From Cryomorphaceae bacterium (lineage in GTDB: Bacteria; Bacteroidota; Bacteroidia; Flavobacteriales; Schleiferiaceae): 64,000 nucleotides of DNA. Shown here in pieces: positions 18,621-28,821 of the stretch; position 1 is the first letter of the stretch; each line of letters starts with the position of its first letter. Below the pieces are notes generated by a model. The model did no database searches, was not told the DNA's origin, and saw only the letters and a list, made by a program, of their open reading frames with translations. The stretch covers positions 111,998 through 175,997 of the forward strand of contig WTIZ01000041.1 in the NCBI GenBank assembly GCA_011525035.1, written 5' to 3'. The position numbers and the translations under genes are program-made.

Positions 18621-21434
18621 TTACTTTAATTCTGGTGCAAGAAACTGCCCGGTGATGCTGTCCTTGTTTTTCGCGACTTGCTCTGGCGTCCCTGTAGCGA
18701 CGATTTCACCTCCTCCTGAACCACCTTCTGGTCCTAAGTCAATAATGTGATCCGCTTGTTTGATGACGTCCATATTGTGCTCAATAATCAAGACCGTATT
18801 TCCTTGCTCAACCAACTGTTGAATCACTTCCATCAACACACGTACATCTTCAAAATGAAGACCCGTTGTCGGTTCGTCTAGAATGTACATGGTATTGCCC
18901 GTATCCTTCTTACTAAGTTCTGTGGCCAATTTTACGCGTTGGGCTTCGCCACCGCTTAAGGTCGTCGAAGGTTGTCCTAGACGTATGTAACCGAGGCCAA
19001 CATTGACAAGTGTGCTAAGTTTTAACTTGATTTTCGGGACATGCTCGAAAAATCCTAAAGCATCCTCAATACTCATGTCAAGCACATCACTGATGCTCTT
19101 GCCTTTGTAGCGAACTTCCAGCGTTTCACGGTTGAAGCGCTTACCTTGACAAGTCTCGCAGTGCACGTAAACATCTGGCAAGAAATTCATTTCAATGACG
19201 CGAAGACCACCACCTTCACAAGTCTCACAGCGTCCGCCTTTCACATTGAAAGAGAAACGTCCAGGCTTGTAGCCACGAATTTTACTTTCAGGAAGGTTGG
19301 CAAAAAGCTGTCGTATCTCGGACCATACACCAGTATAGGTAGCAGGATTTGAACGCGGGGTACGACCAATCGGACTCTGGTCGATATCGATAATTTTATC
19401 AATCTGTTCAGCACCCTCAATACTCTTATACGGCTGTGGTTTCGCCACTGCGCGGAAAATCAGATGGTTCAAGATGGGGTAGAGCGTGCCGTTAATCAGT
19501 GTACTCTTACCACTACCGCTAACTCCCGTAATACAAGTCAGAATGCCGAGAGGAATCTTTGCGTTTACATTCTGTAGGTTATTACCAGTGGCTCCTTTGA
19601 GCTGAATGTATCCAGTTGGAGTACGGCGCTCTGCAGGCACAGGTACTTCACGAATGCCCTTGAGGTAATCTGCGGTTATACTGCCGGCTTCCCGAATATC
19701 TTCGATACCTCCTTGGGCCACAATGTTTCCTCCATGTACTCCAGCCTTTGGACCGATGTCCAAAATGAAGTCTGCAGTTTCAATCATGTCCTTATCGTGC
19801 TCTACGACAAGAACACTATTGCCTATATCCCTGAGCTGCTTTAGACTCTGAATAAGTCGTGCATTATCTCGTTGATGCAAGCCAATCGACGGCTCGTCGA
19901 GGATATAGAGTACATTGACCAGCTGCGATCCAATTTGGGTGGCCAGTCGAATGCGCTGTGCTTCGCCACCGCTTAGGCTGCGAGCACTACGGTTCAAATT
20001 AAGATAGCCCAAACCCACGTCAAGCAAGAAGGCCGTTCTAGCCTTTAGTTCTTTCACGATTTCCTCGGCAATGGTCCATTCCTTTTGGCCTAGTTTCGTT
20101 TCAAGACTGTGTACCCAATCTGAGAAATCGACAAGGCTCATGGTGCTGACATCGCTGATGCTTTGTCCAGCAACCTTGAAGTGCAAGCTTTCGCGCTTGA
20201 GACGAGCACCTTTACAGCTCGAACATTCCACATTTTCCATGAAATCATCCGCCCAGCGCTGGATAGCACGACTCTTAGCCTCTCGCGATTGTGAACCTAT
20301 GAAGTTGATCACACCTTCGAAGTTGACCTTGTATTCTTTTGTAACGCCAATAGCTTTGTGGTCAATAGTCATGACCTCATTGGTCCCGTAAAGGATAATA
20401 TCGAGGGCTTCTTTTGGAATATCCTCGATGGCTGTATCTAAATCGAACCCGTGTTTGAGTGCGATGATTTCTAGTTGGTTGAAAATCCAATTCTTCTTGT
20501 ATTCGCCAACGGGTGCAAATCCGCCTTTTCGGATGGTAGTTTTTGGATCCGGTATGACCTTATCTAAATTGACTTCCTTTACTGTTCCAAGACCGTCGCA
20601 TTTTACACAAGCCCCCTTAGGACTGTTGAATGAGAAGGTATTTGGCTCTGGCTCTTGATAGGCAATACCCGTAGTTGGACACATAAGTTGACGCGAAAAA
20701 TAGGCCAATTCTTGACTGTCCAGATCAATGACTGCGATCGTGCCTTTACCGTGGGCCATCGCCGTTTCAACACTTTGAGCAATCCTATTCTCGGCTGTAG
20801 CAGCTACTCGGATACGGTCTACAACAATCTCAATATCGTGCGTCTTGTAGCGGTCCAGTCTAAATCCACTACTTACCTCTACGATCACACCGTCGACGCG
20901 GGCGCGGACAAATCCCATTCGAACAATCTGCTCGAACAGCTCGCGGTAGTGCCCTTTTCGAGCGCGCACAACAGGCGCTAGGACGGCAATCCTTTTACCC
21001 ATAAAACGCTCACCAATAAGCTCGATGATCTGGCTATCGCTGTAGCTGACCATCTGTTCACCGGTCTTATAGCTGAATGCTGTAGAAGCACGAGCATAGA
21101 GCAGGCGAAGGAAATCACTTAATTCAGTTACCGTACCCACAGTGGAACGCGGGTTTCTTGAAGTCGTCTTTTGTTCAATAGAAATGACAGGCGACAGTCC
21201 TTCAATCTTATCCACTTCAGGGCGCTCCATCGTCCCAAGGAATTGACGTGCATACGAGGAGAACGTCTCCATGTACCTGCGCTGTCCTTCGGCATAAATA
21301 GTATTAAACGCCAGCGAGCTTTTTCCCGATCCACTGAGCCCAGTGATGACCACCAAGGCATTGCGGGGGATTTTAACATCCAAATTTCTCAGGTTGTGCG
21401 CTTTGGCACCGTAAACTTCAATTTGTTCGCTCAT
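18621..21434 (-). CDS. uvrA: Excinuclease ABC subunit A
   Basis: 937 aa. Two ABC ATPase modules (GLSGSGKSSL, GVSGSGKSTL, LSGGEAQR twice) and zinc-finger Cys clusters. Confidence 0.97.
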   Translation of the reverse strand: MSEQIEVYGAKAHNLRNLDVKIPRNALVVITGLSGSGKSSLAFNTIYAEGQRRYMETFSSYARQFLGTMERPEVDKIEGLSPVISIEQKTTSRNPRSTVGTVTELSDFLRLLYARASTAFSYKTGEQMVSYSDSQIIELIGERFMGKRIAVLAPVVRARKGHYRELFEQIVRMGFVRARVDGVIVEVSSGFRLDRYKTHDIEIVVDRIRVAATAENRIAQSVETAMAHGKGTIAVIDLDSQELAYFSRQLMCPTTGIAYQEPEPNTFSFNSPKGACVKCDGLGTVKEVNLDKVIPDPKTTIRKGGFAPVGEYKKNWIFNQLEIIALKHGFDLDTAIEDIPKEALDIILYGTNEVMTIDHKAIGVTKEYKVNFEGVINFIGSQSREAKSRAIQRWADDFMENVECSSCKGARLKRESLHFKVAGQSISDVSTMSLVDFSDWVHSLETKLGQKEWTIAEEIVKELKARTAFLLDVGLGYLNLNRSARSLSGGEAQRIRLATQIGSQLVNVLYILDEPSIGLHQRDNARLIQSLKQLRDIGNSVLVVEHDKDMIETADFILDIGPKAGVHGGNIVAQGGIEDIREAGSITADYLKGIREVPVPAERRTPTGYIQLKGATGNNLQNVNAKIPLGILTCITGVSGSGKSTLINGTLYPILNHLIFRAVAKPQPYKSIEGAEQIDKIIDIDQSPIGRTPRSNPATYTGVWSEIRQLFANLPESKIRGYKPGRFSFNVKGGRCETCEGGGLRVIEMNFLPDVYVHCETCQGKRFNRETLEVRYKGKSISDVLDMSIEDALGFFEHVPKIKLKLSTLVNVGLGYIRLGQPSTTLSGGEAQRVKLATELSKKDTGNTMYILDEPTTGLHFEDVRVLMEVIQQLVEQGNTVLIIEHNMDVIKQADHIIDLGPEGGSGGGEIVATGTPEQVAKNKDSITGQFLAPELK

Positions 21435-21436
21435 GC

Positions 21437-22330
21437 TTATTTGGCAACGAGAATAGAGTAGGTATTGTTTGAGCTATTGGTCAATTTTGATGAACGAATC
21501 CAAGGATTGTACAATCGTAAATCCTTGTACGTCATCCCGCGTTCTTGTGCCCAATCTACCCAGCTGGCGACTGCACCCTGAACCTGAACCGTATCAAAGT
21601 CTGGGAGCGTGTACCCTTCCGTCTGATGGTATACGTAACCGTATTCGCTTAAGTGTTCGTGAATGTGCTTGACTGCAGCCAATCTAAAGATGTAGCGAGC
21701 AGTCTCACTGTTCAAGCGTAAATCGTAATAGCTGTTCACCTTTTGCTCCTCCAATCGACGCGCAGTTCCCGCCATTCCCATGTTGTAAGACGCTGCCGCC
21801 AAGGTCCAATTCCCAAACTTCCCGTACGCCTCCTTTAAATAAGCACAAGCCACTCGCGTTGCTTTTTCCATGTGGTAACGTTCGTCGACTTCGCTGTTGA
21901 TAACGAGACCTGCTTCACGACCCGTGGTCTTCATGATTTGCCACGGCCCCGCAGCACCTGCTGGACTGACGATATTCTGCAATCCGCTCTCTATCAGAGC
22001 GAGGTATTTAAAATCTTCAGGTATGCCTTCATCGGCAAGGATCGGTGTAATGACCGGAAACCATTTATCGCTTCGCTTAAGCATAAGCAGGTTGTTGCTC
22101 TGCCAATAGGAATTCACTAAGATTTCACGATCTAAACTCTCTTGTACATCAAGACGCTCCATAGGCATAGATTCTCCGGCAATACTCATCTGTTCTGGCA
22201 ATTCAAACGGTTTTACCGTACTTGGACGTGCCTCTATTGGATGAAGTTCGTCAGTGGAAGAGGAGACAATAGCCACTGCTGTCAAGACGATGCCGGCACC
22301 GATAAGGGCACTGAGAATATTATTTTTCAT
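21437..22330 (-). CDS. Lytic transglycosylase (SLT) domain protein, membrane-anchored or exported
   Basis: N-terminal hydrophobic segment. LALIESGL...AGAAGPWQIM and AASYNMG are typical of the SLT catalytic domain. Confidence 0.8.
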   Translation of the reverse strand: MKNNILSALIGAGIVLTAVAIVSSSTDELHPIEARPSTVKPFELPEQMSIAGESMPMERLDVQESLDREILVNSYWQSNNLLMLKRSDKWFPVITPILADEGIPEDFKYLALIESGLQNIVSPAGAAGPWQIMKTTGREAGLVINSEVDERYHMEKATRVACAYLKEAYGKFGNWTLAAASYNMGMAGTARRLEEQKVNSYYDLRLNSETARYIFRLAAVKHIHEHLSEYGYVYHQTEGYTLPDFDTVQVQGAVASWVDWAQERGMTYKDLRLYNPWIRSSKLTNSSNNTYSILVAK

Positions 22331-22874
22331 AGGTAAACGGGGAGTCGAATGCTTTTAATACCGGGCCTATTTGATCCTTCGCACTCAATTTAGGCGCTGA
22401 AACACCCCAATCAATACCAAGGTCAGGATCGTTCCAAAGTAAACTGCCTTCATGCTCGGGGCTGTAGGTATCCGTGCACTTGTAGAGAAATACCGTATCG
22501 TTTTCTAGTGTTGCAAATCCATGCGCAAAACCGGGCGGTATCCACAACATTTTTTTGTTTTCACCACTGAGTTCAATGCTGTAGTGCTCTCCGTACGTTG
22601 GGGATCCTTTTCTGATGTCCACGGCTACGTCTAATACGCGGCCTTTCTGAACACGTACCAACTTCCCTTGTGCTTTTGGCGGCGCTTGAAAATGCAGGCC
22701 GCGTACAACACCTTCACCGGAAAAGCTCTCGTTGTCTTGCACGAAATCGGCAGAAATACCGGCACGCTCAAAATGGTCCTTGCTGTACGACTCAAAGAAA
22801 TAGCCTCTATGGTCACCAAAGACACGCGGTTCGATTACGAATAGATCGGGAATGGGTGTAGGAACGATTTTCAT
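22320..22874 (-). CDS. rfbC: dTDP-4-dehydrorhamnose 3,5-epimerase
   Basis: 184 aa. FGDHRGYFFESY, RGLHFQ and FAHGF motifs. Confidence 0.9.
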   Translation of the reverse strand: MKIVPTPIPDLFVIEPRVFGDHRGYFFESYSKDHFERAGISADFVQDNESFSGEGVVRGLHFQAPPKAQGKLVRVQKGRVLDVAVDIRKGSPTYGEHYSIELSGENKKMLWIPPGFAHGFATLENDTVFLYKCTDTYSPEHEGSLLWNDPDLGIDWGVSAPKLSAKDQIGPVLKAFDSPFTYEK

Positions 22875-22899
22875 ATACCCAAAAATAAACGGATAAGTA

Positions 22900-23562
22900 C
22901 TAAACGAGTACTGGGTCCACCTTTTCTTTCAGCAAATTTGAAATTTGTGTGCTGTGCGATGAAAAGCTGAGGTGGGTTGCGCCCTCGAGGATCCAAAATC
23001 TGTCTGTAGAAGGCTTTTGGAGCGTGAAGACTGGGTCCAATTCACCAAGGATAGTATCTACCGGTGCCAATGGGGTAGGACGCTGCCATTTCAGGACGGC
23101 TTTAATGACCCAACGGTAGTACTGACATTCGAACTGCTCCATAGTCTCCAACATGAGGTCTAAGGTTCTTGAAGGTTGGCTGTTCAGACGGGCAATGAAT
23201 TTGATCATTCTGATGATGCTTCCCTCTGGGGCCCAGTTCAATACTCCTGTTGCTGCTAAGTTTCTATACAATGGTCTTAACTGTGCTTCGTGGTGCAATG
23301 AGTTGAGTAATACAACGCGTTGAACTTTGTTTCTAGAGGCCCAATCTTGAGCAACAATTCCACCGAAACTGTAGCCGAAAAGCAAGTCATTTTCTTGGAT
23401 AGGATATCTATCTAAAAGCCTGTCTGCGTAGGCCGAGAGCGATTCGTTTTGCAAAGGTTCAATCCATTCCAAATACGTAGCATTCCAAGGAAATCTAAAC
23501 GATTTGAAAATCCTTGAATCTGCACCCATACCTGGAAGTACCCAAACTCTACAATCTGACAT
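22900..23562 (-). CDS. Alpha/beta hydrolase fold protein
   Basis: 220 aa. Nucleophile elbow GYSFGG and an N-terminal LPGMGADSRIF pattern. Specific function unknown. Confidence 0.65.
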   Translation of the reverse strand: MSDCRVWVLPGMGADSRIFKSFRFPWNATYLEWIEPLQNESLSAYADRLLDRYPIQENDLLFGYSFGGIVAQDWASRNKVQRVVLLNSLHHEAQLRPLYRNLAATGVLNWAPEGSIIRMIKFIARLNSQPSRTLDLMLETMEQFECQYYRWVIKAVLKWQRPTPLAPVDTILGELDPVFTLQKPSTDRFWILEGATHLSFSSHSTQISNLLKEKVDPVLV

Positions 23563-24359
23563 TAGCCAATTTTTTGCTCTATTATAGTATATACAAGTGG
23601 ATGAATAGATTTGTTCGCGGCAATAATGCTTTCTGAGGCAACAGGGACATTATTGTTTGAAAAATCGGTCACGATACCACCTGCTTCTCTAACTAAGACC
23701 ACGCCCGCAGCCACATCCCAAGGGCTTAAACCGTATTCAAAATAACCGTCAAAACGACCACAGGCCGTGTAGGCTAGGTCCACTGCAGCTGTTCCAATGC
23801 GTCGCACTCCTCTTGTGTGCTGATACATGTGTGCTAGCGTGTCTTGGAAGCCCTGCAGCTTTGAAAAGTTGTAATAGGGAAATCCTGTGGCAAGAAGCGT
23901 GTCTTCGAGTCGCTCGCTTGTTGTGGTAGATATACGCGTTCCATTTAAGTAAGCACCACCGCCTTCGTAGGCTGTAAAGCATTCGTCCATTCCCGCCTCA
24001 TAAACAACACCTAAAACAGGCCAGCCCTCTCTTAATAGCGCAATACTTACGCTGTATATCGGGAGCCCATGCACGAAGTTGGTCGTGCCATCTAATGGGT
24101 CTATGACCCAAGTGTACTGCGAATCTGTTTTCTGCGTGGTAGTTTCCTCTTCGGTGAGAAATCCTGCTTCTGGAAAAACTTCCATTAACTTTTGAACGAT
24201 GAGTTCTTCAGTGGATCTATCTACATCGCTAACGAGCGCATTCATGCTCTTGAGCTCGACCACAGATCGGTCGAAGGTGCGTTGTCTTTTTCTTAGATAT
24301 GTACCAGCCTCTTTAGCAACTAAGGAAGCTTTTTCAGTGAGGACGCTGAGGTCTATCAT
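23562..24359 (-). CDS. Inositol monophosphatase family protein (SuhB-like)
   Basis: 265 aa. FLTEEE, WVIDPLDGTTNF and the WDVAAG motif. Confidence 0.85.
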   Translation of the reverse strand: MIDLSVLTEKASLVAKEAGTYLRKRQRTFDRSVVELKSMNALVSDVDRSTEELIVQKLMEVFPEAGFLTEEETTTQKTDSQYTWVIDPLDGTTNFVHGLPIYSVSIALLREGWPVLGVVYEAGMDECFTAYEGGGAYLNGTRISTTTSERLEDTLLATGFPYYNFSKLQGFQDTLAHMYQHTRGVRRIGTAAVDLAYTACGRFDGYFEYGLSPWDVAAGVVLVREAGGIVTDFSNNNVPVASESIIAANKSIHPLVYTIIEQKIG

Positions 24360-24634
24360 AGTAATTCTTTCGCCGTATGTTTTAGTCGAATGGTTTTACA
24401 GAGCGATTTAAGATTGCTGCCGTCGGTATTTGTGTCGCCATAAATTTCCATGACAGCAGACCTGTTTTCAGGTTCAAATCCAACCATGCCAATGAACAAT
24501 CCTTCGCGAATTTTGAAAAGCCTGGCTTCGTTTACCATACCATCATTCACCTGTCCTTCAGAGACAAATTGCCAGAAGTTGGAAAACTCCCGTTCGCTAC
24601 AGAGCGGTTTATATTCTAGAAAAATCAGTGGCAT
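24356..24634 (-). CDS. Small hypothetical protein (60-92 aa depending on start)
   Basis: The ORF fills the 250-nt gap between mtaB and the IMPase gene. Its stop overlaps the IMPase ATG (ATGA at 24356-24359). The longest form overlaps the mtaB 3' end by 26 nt; an alternative ATG is at 24538. I recognise no family. Confidence 0.4.
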   Translation of the reverse strand: MPLIFLEYKPLCSEREFSNFWQFVSEGQVNDGMVNEARLFKIREGLFIGMVGFEPENRSAVMEIYGDTNTDGSNLKSLCKTIRLKHTAKELL

Positions 24635-25955
24635 TGGCGGTGCGGCTTTCTACCTCTAAGGTAACAAATCCTTCGTCGCAAATGCCTGAAAGACAAAAAG
24701 TTTTGGTTTTATTTGCTAATTCAGGGTCCCAAAATGTTCGTACTCTAACGTAATTGTCTGAATACCCGTACATATACCCTTCTCTGTTTTCGCCTTCAAA
24801 TAAAATCGGGCGTCGTTTACCCAACTGGCTTTCGTAAAAAGCTCTTTTCTTCTTCTCGCTGAGAATTCGCAGCATTTTGTTGCGTCTTTTTCGCTCGGGA
24901 ATTGGCACAACTCCCTCCATACCAGCAGCTAAGGTGTTTGCCCTCTCTGAGTATGTGAATACATGGAGGTAACTGATATCTAGCTCGTTCAAGAAGTTGT
25001 AGGTCTCTAAAAACAATTCTTCTGTTTCTCCTGGAAAGCCAACTATGACATCTACACCGATACAAGTGTCTGGATTCGCAGCTTTGATGGTTTCTACACG
25101 TTGCCTGTAAAGTCCACTCATATACCTGCGCTTCATCAACTTCAAGAGGGTATCACTGCCGCTTTGAAGTGGAATGTGAAAGTGCGGTACAAACTTCTTA
25201 CTTCGATGGGTGAATTCGATAATCTCGTTGCGCAGCAGGTTAGGCTCTATACTCGAAATACGCATGCGATCTACATCTACCCGTTGATCGAGTGCTTCGA
25301 CGAGTTCCATGAACGTATTTTCGTGACGCTTGTTGCCAAATTCGCCCTTTCCATAATCGCCCACGTTTACGCCGGTGAGTACAATTTCTGGAATGCCCTT
25401 TTCTGCAATCTCTTGCGCTCTTGAGACTACATTTTCTAGCGTATCGCTCCGTGAAATACCACGAGCAAGTGGAATGGTGCAGTAGGTACACTTATAATCA
25501 CAGCCGTCTTGAACTTTGAGAAACGCCCTAGTTCTATCTCCAGCGCTGTAGGAGCTTACGAAAGTATTTGCCTCACCAATCTCACAACTGTGCATCTGTG
25601 CGGGGCCTTCGGTTTTCTCAAGTGCTCCAAGGAATTGCGTGACATTAAATTTTTCAGTGGCTCCAAGCACTAGGTCTACGCCTGGCATTTCCATGATTTG
25701 CTCGGGTTTGAGCTGGGCATAACATCCAACAATTACGACGAATCCATCCGGATTTGCCCGCAAGGCACGCCCAACGATATTTCTACATTCTCGGTCCGCA
25801 TTTTCGGTAACCGAGCAGGTATTAATCACGTAAACATCAGCAGCTTCTTTGAACCCTACTTCTTCAAATCCATTGTTTCTGAAATCTTTTGCAATGGTTG
25901 AGGTTTCGGCGAAGTTGAGCTTACAGCCTAGGGTGTGAAAAGCAACAGAAGGCAT
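24609..25955 (-). CDS. mtaB: tRNA (t6A37) methylthiotransferase MtaB (radical SAM)
   Basis: 448 aa. N-terminal UPF0004 Cys triad (FHTLGCKLN...INTCSV...VGC), the radical-SAM box CDYKCTYC and a C-terminal TRAM-like region. Confidence 0.9.
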   Translation of the reverse strand: MPSVAFHTLGCKLNFAETSTIAKDFRNNGFEEVGFKEAADVYVINTCSVTENADRECRNIVGRALRANPDGFVVIVGCYAQLKPEQIMEMPGVDLVLGATEKFNVTQFLGALEKTEGPAQMHSCEIGEANTFVSSYSAGDRTRAFLKVQDGCDYKCTYCTIPLARGISRSDTLENVVSRAQEIAEKGIPEIVLTGVNVGDYGKGEFGNKRHENTFMELVEALDQRVDVDRMRISSIEPNLLRNEIIEFTHRSKKFVPHFHIPLQSGSDTLLKLMKRRYMSGLYRQRVETIKAANPDTCIGVDVIVGFPGETEELFLETYNFLNELDISYLHVFTYSERANTLAAGMEGVVPIPERKRRNKMLRILSEKKKRAFYESQLGKRRPILFEGENREGYMYGYSDNYVRVRTFWDPELANKTKTFCLSGICDEGFVTLEVESRTANATDFSRI

Positions 25956-26962
25956 TATATCAGGTTTACTTCTGGTTCGAGTTGAATACCAAATCTATTG
26001 TAGACATCCTCCATGATAGATGTTGCCAGCGAATGAATTTCCTCACCGGTAGCTTGCCCGTAGTTGACAAGCACCAACGCTTGATGCTTGTGTACACCAG
26101 CATCTTTTTTGCGATATCCTTTCCAGCCGCATTGATCAATGATCCAACCGGCTGCGAGTTTTGTTCCGCCTTCGGCAGGGTAGGACGGCATATTTGGATA
26201 ACGTTCTTTTAATTCTTCAGCTTTTTCCGTGCTAACCACTGGATTTTTAAAGAAAGAACCGCTGTTTCCTATTTCATTTGGATCAGGCAATTTGCTTTGA
26301 CGAATGGCCACAACCACATCGCTGATCTGCTTTGGTGTAGGCTCTTTAATGCCGCGCTCCTCCAGCTCTGAAGCAATTGCACCATAATCCGTGCGAATAC
26401 GATGGTTTCTTTTGGTCAATTCTAGGGTTACCCTCGTTATGATGGCCTTTCCCTTCCAGTCATTTTTAAAAATGCTGTTTCGGTAACCAAATTTTGCTTC
26501 TTCTTTATTCAAGTGGAAAAACGAACCGTCTTCAACCATGACCCCTTCGCAATTGACGAAAACATCTTTGAGTTCAACACCGTAGGCTCCAATATTTTGA
26601 ACGGGTGCAGTACCGCAATTTCCTGGGATTAAGCTTAGGTTTTCAATTCCTCCAAGACCCTGCATCAACGTCCACAAGACTACTTCGTGCCAGTTTTCAC
26701 CTGCCCCAAAGCGGATGTGCACTTTATCATCGTCTTCATAAACTACGCGACGTCCGTGAATGTCTACCTTGAGTACATCTCCCGGCACATCTTGCGTCAA
26801 GAGCATATTTGAACCACCGCCTAGAACAAGAGTAGGGGCACCGTGGTGCTTCACATAGTTCGCAATTTCATCTGCGCTATGTGCCCATATCAATCGACTC
26901 GCTTTCTGGTCAATACCAAAAGTGTTGAGTTTCGCTAGGCTTTGGTTTATCTGAACAATCAC
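25955..26962 (-). CDS. murB: UDP-N-acetylenolpyruvoylglucosamine reductase
   Basis: 335 aa. FAD-binding domain (LVLGGGSNML) and a MurB C-terminal domain (GSFFKNP, AAGWIIDQCGWKG). Confidence 0.93.
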   Translation of the reverse strand: MIVQINQSLAKLNTFGIDQKASRLIWAHSADEIANYVKHHGAPTLVLGGGSNMLLTQDVPGDVLKVDIHGRRVVYEDDDKVHIRFGAGENWHEVVLWTLMQGLGGIENLSLIPGNCGTAPVQNIGAYGVELKDVFVNCEGVMVEDGSFFHLNKEEAKFGYRNSIFKNDWKGKAIITRVTLELTKRNHRIRTDYGAIASELEERGIKEPTPKQISDVVVAIRQSKLPDPNEIGNSGSFFKNPVVSTEKAEELKERYPNMPSYPAEGGTKLAAGWIIDQCGWKGYRKKDAGVHKHQALVLVNYGQATGEEIHSLATSIMEDVYNRFGIQLEPEVNLI

Positions 26963-26968
26963 AGTAGG

Positions 26969-28168
26969 TTATCTAGTGGTGTGTGGGTAAACTTCTAATG
27001 CAGCTTTTAAGATAGCAATACAATCCTTTAACGCCTCTGTATTTAAAACATAGGCTAGACGCGCTTGATTCGCTCCTAATTCTGGTTTGGCGTAAAAGCC
27101 CGCTGCAGGGGCCATCATCAATGTTTTGCCTTCATGATTGAACTCACTCAATAGCCACTGTGCAAAGTGTTCAGCGCTTTCCACGGGGAAAGAAGCTACT
27201 GCGTAAAATGCGCCCTTGGGCTTTGGACAGAAAACTCCGTCAATGCTGTTGAGTCCTTCGACCAATACATTACGACGTTCTACATATTCTGCATTTACCT
27301 CGTCAAAATAGCGCTGTGGCGTTTTTAATGCAGCTTCGCTGGCAATCTGTGCATAAGTAGGCGGTGAAAGTCTGGCTTGTGCAAACTTCATCGCAGTCGC
27401 CATAAAGTCTTTATTCTTGCTGACTAAACAGCCTATTCTTGCACCACACATGCTGTAGCGTTTTGAAAAGCTGTCCACAACTATGGCGTTGTTCTCAAGA
27501 CCTTCCATGCTAAGAATGCTGTGGTGAGCCTCGCCGTCGTAGGTGAACTCTCGGTACACTTCATCAGCGATTAGGAACAGGTCGTGTTTGAGTACGATTT
27601 CTTTTAGTTGCTCTAGCTCTTCCTTGCTGTACAAGTAGCCGGTTGGATTGCCTGGGTTACAAATGAGGATGCCTTTCGTTCTTTCGGTGATGGCCTGCTC
27701 AAACAATTCCACAGGCGGCAGGGCAAAACCATTTTCAATATTGGCTTCGACTGGTACGACTTTAACTCCGCTCGCTGTAGCAAAACCATTGTAGTTGGCA
27801 TAGAAGGGTTCTGGGATGATAATTTCATCACCTTCATCCATTGCAGATCCAAAAGTGAATAATAAAGCTTCTGATCCTCCTGTGGTGACAATGATTTCAT
27901 CGGTGTTTACCGGAAGATTTTTACCGTGGTAATAGTTCGACAGTCCTTCTCTCAAGGAAGCAAATCCTGCGCTGTGGCTGTAGGCCAACACTGGTACGTC
28001 GGCCTCTTTTATGGCTTGCTGTGCCTCCAAAGGTGTCTGAATATCGGGTTGGCCAATATTTAGATAGTACACCTTGTTGCCGTTGCGCTCAGCTTGTTCT
28101 GCGAACGGAACTAATTTGCGGATAGGGCTGGAAGGCATGCTGGTGCCTTTCTTCGAAATTGATGGCAT
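26969..28168 (-). CDS. Class I/II PLP-dependent aminotransferase (aspartate/aromatic type)
   Basis: SFSKRYSMCGARIG PLP-lysine motif and NPGNPTG. I place the start at the ATG at 28168 (MPSISKKG...), because the ORF-track start at 28255 would run through the upstream gene's terminator and 3' end. Confidence 0.85.
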   Translation of the reverse strand: MPSISKKGTSMPSSPIRKLVPFAEQAERNGNKVYYLNIGQPDIQTPLEAQQAIKEADVPVLAYSHSAGFASLREGLSNYYHGKNLPVNTDEIIVTTGGSEALLFTFGSAMDEGDEIIIPEPFYANYNGFATASGVKVVPVEANIENGFALPPVELFEQAITERTKGILICNPGNPTGYLYSKEELEQLKEIVLKHDLFLIADEVYREFTYDGEAHHSILSMEGLENNAIVVDSFSKRYSMCGARIGCLVSKNKDFMATAMKFAQARLSPPTYAQIASEAALKTPQRYFDEVNAEYVERRNVLVEGLNSIDGVFCPKPKGAFYAVASFPVESAEHFAQWLLSEFNHEGKTLMMAPAAGFYAKPELGANQARLAYVLNTEALKDCIAILKAALEVYPHTTR

Positions 28169-28187
28169 TGCTGTTTGTTTTGGTACT

Positions 28188-28216
28188 AAAAAAGCCCCGC
28201 AAAAATACGGGGCTTT
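28188..28216 (-). terminator. Intrinsic terminator after the DUF1573 gene
   Basis: Stem GCCCCG (28194-28199) / CGGGGC (28208-28213). On the minus strand it is followed by a T-run, the complement of the A-run 28188-28193. Confidence 0.7.
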
Positions 28217-28244
28217 CTTGAAATTATTGGGACGTAATCCTGCC

Positions 28245-28694
28245 TTATTTGGCAATCACACTACCGCCTTGTTTGGTAGGCGTAGTTTTCTGAGCCGCAG
28301 GATTCATGACTTGTCCTTTGATGGTAAGCACAACTGTTTTGTTCGTTGCGTTAGAATTTACGGTCACAGTCTTGTGGAAATTACCCATACGGTTTGTATC
28401 GTATTTCACCGTGATGTTTCCTTCTGCTCCTGGAGCGATTGGTTCACGCGTCCATTTTGGAGTAGTACAACCACAAGAGGCACGTACAGAATTCAAAACC
28501 AACGGCTCTGTACCTTCGTTTTTAAATTTGAATACACGAGTTCCATTCGCACCTTTTTCGATCTTACCGTAGTTGATCACTTTTTCAGCGAATTGGATTT
28601 TTGCACCTTCCGTAGGTTGCTCTTGCGCTTGTGCAGCGAATCCGAATAGCGCCACAGCTAGAGTTAGGATGAATTTTTTCATGTTCAATTTCAT
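28245..28694 (-). CDS. DUF1573 domain protein (exported)
   Basis: Signal peptide KKFILTLAVALFGFAAQAQ. FKFKNEGTEPLVLNSVRASCGCTTP is the hallmark DUF1573 segment. The start may instead be the ATG at 28682. Confidence 0.85.
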   Translation of the reverse strand: MKLNMKKFILTLAVALFGFAAQAQEQPTEGAKIQFAEKVINYGKIEKGANGTRVFKFKNEGTEPLVLNSVRASCGCTTPKWTREPIAPGAEGNITVKYDTNRMGNFHKTVTVNSNATNKTVVLTIKGQVMNPAAQKTTPTKQGGSVIAK

Positions 28695-28770
28695 TGTTTG
28701 AGAGTTTCAAATGTACTTCGAAAGCGATGGCTTTCAAAGGAAATTAACAATCTCTTAGCCTATGGGTTCA

Positions 28771-28797
28771 TTGGATGCTTGCAGGCGCTTATTTTTG
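28771..28797 (+). promoter_or_regulatory. Candidate Bacteroidota-type promoter for valS
   Basis: TTG at 28771-28773 and TATTTTTG (28790-28797), which matches TAnnTTTG, 25 nt upstream of the ATG at 28822. Confidence 0.35.
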
Positions 28798-28821
28798 CAA
28801 CTTATAATTAGAACGACTTCC

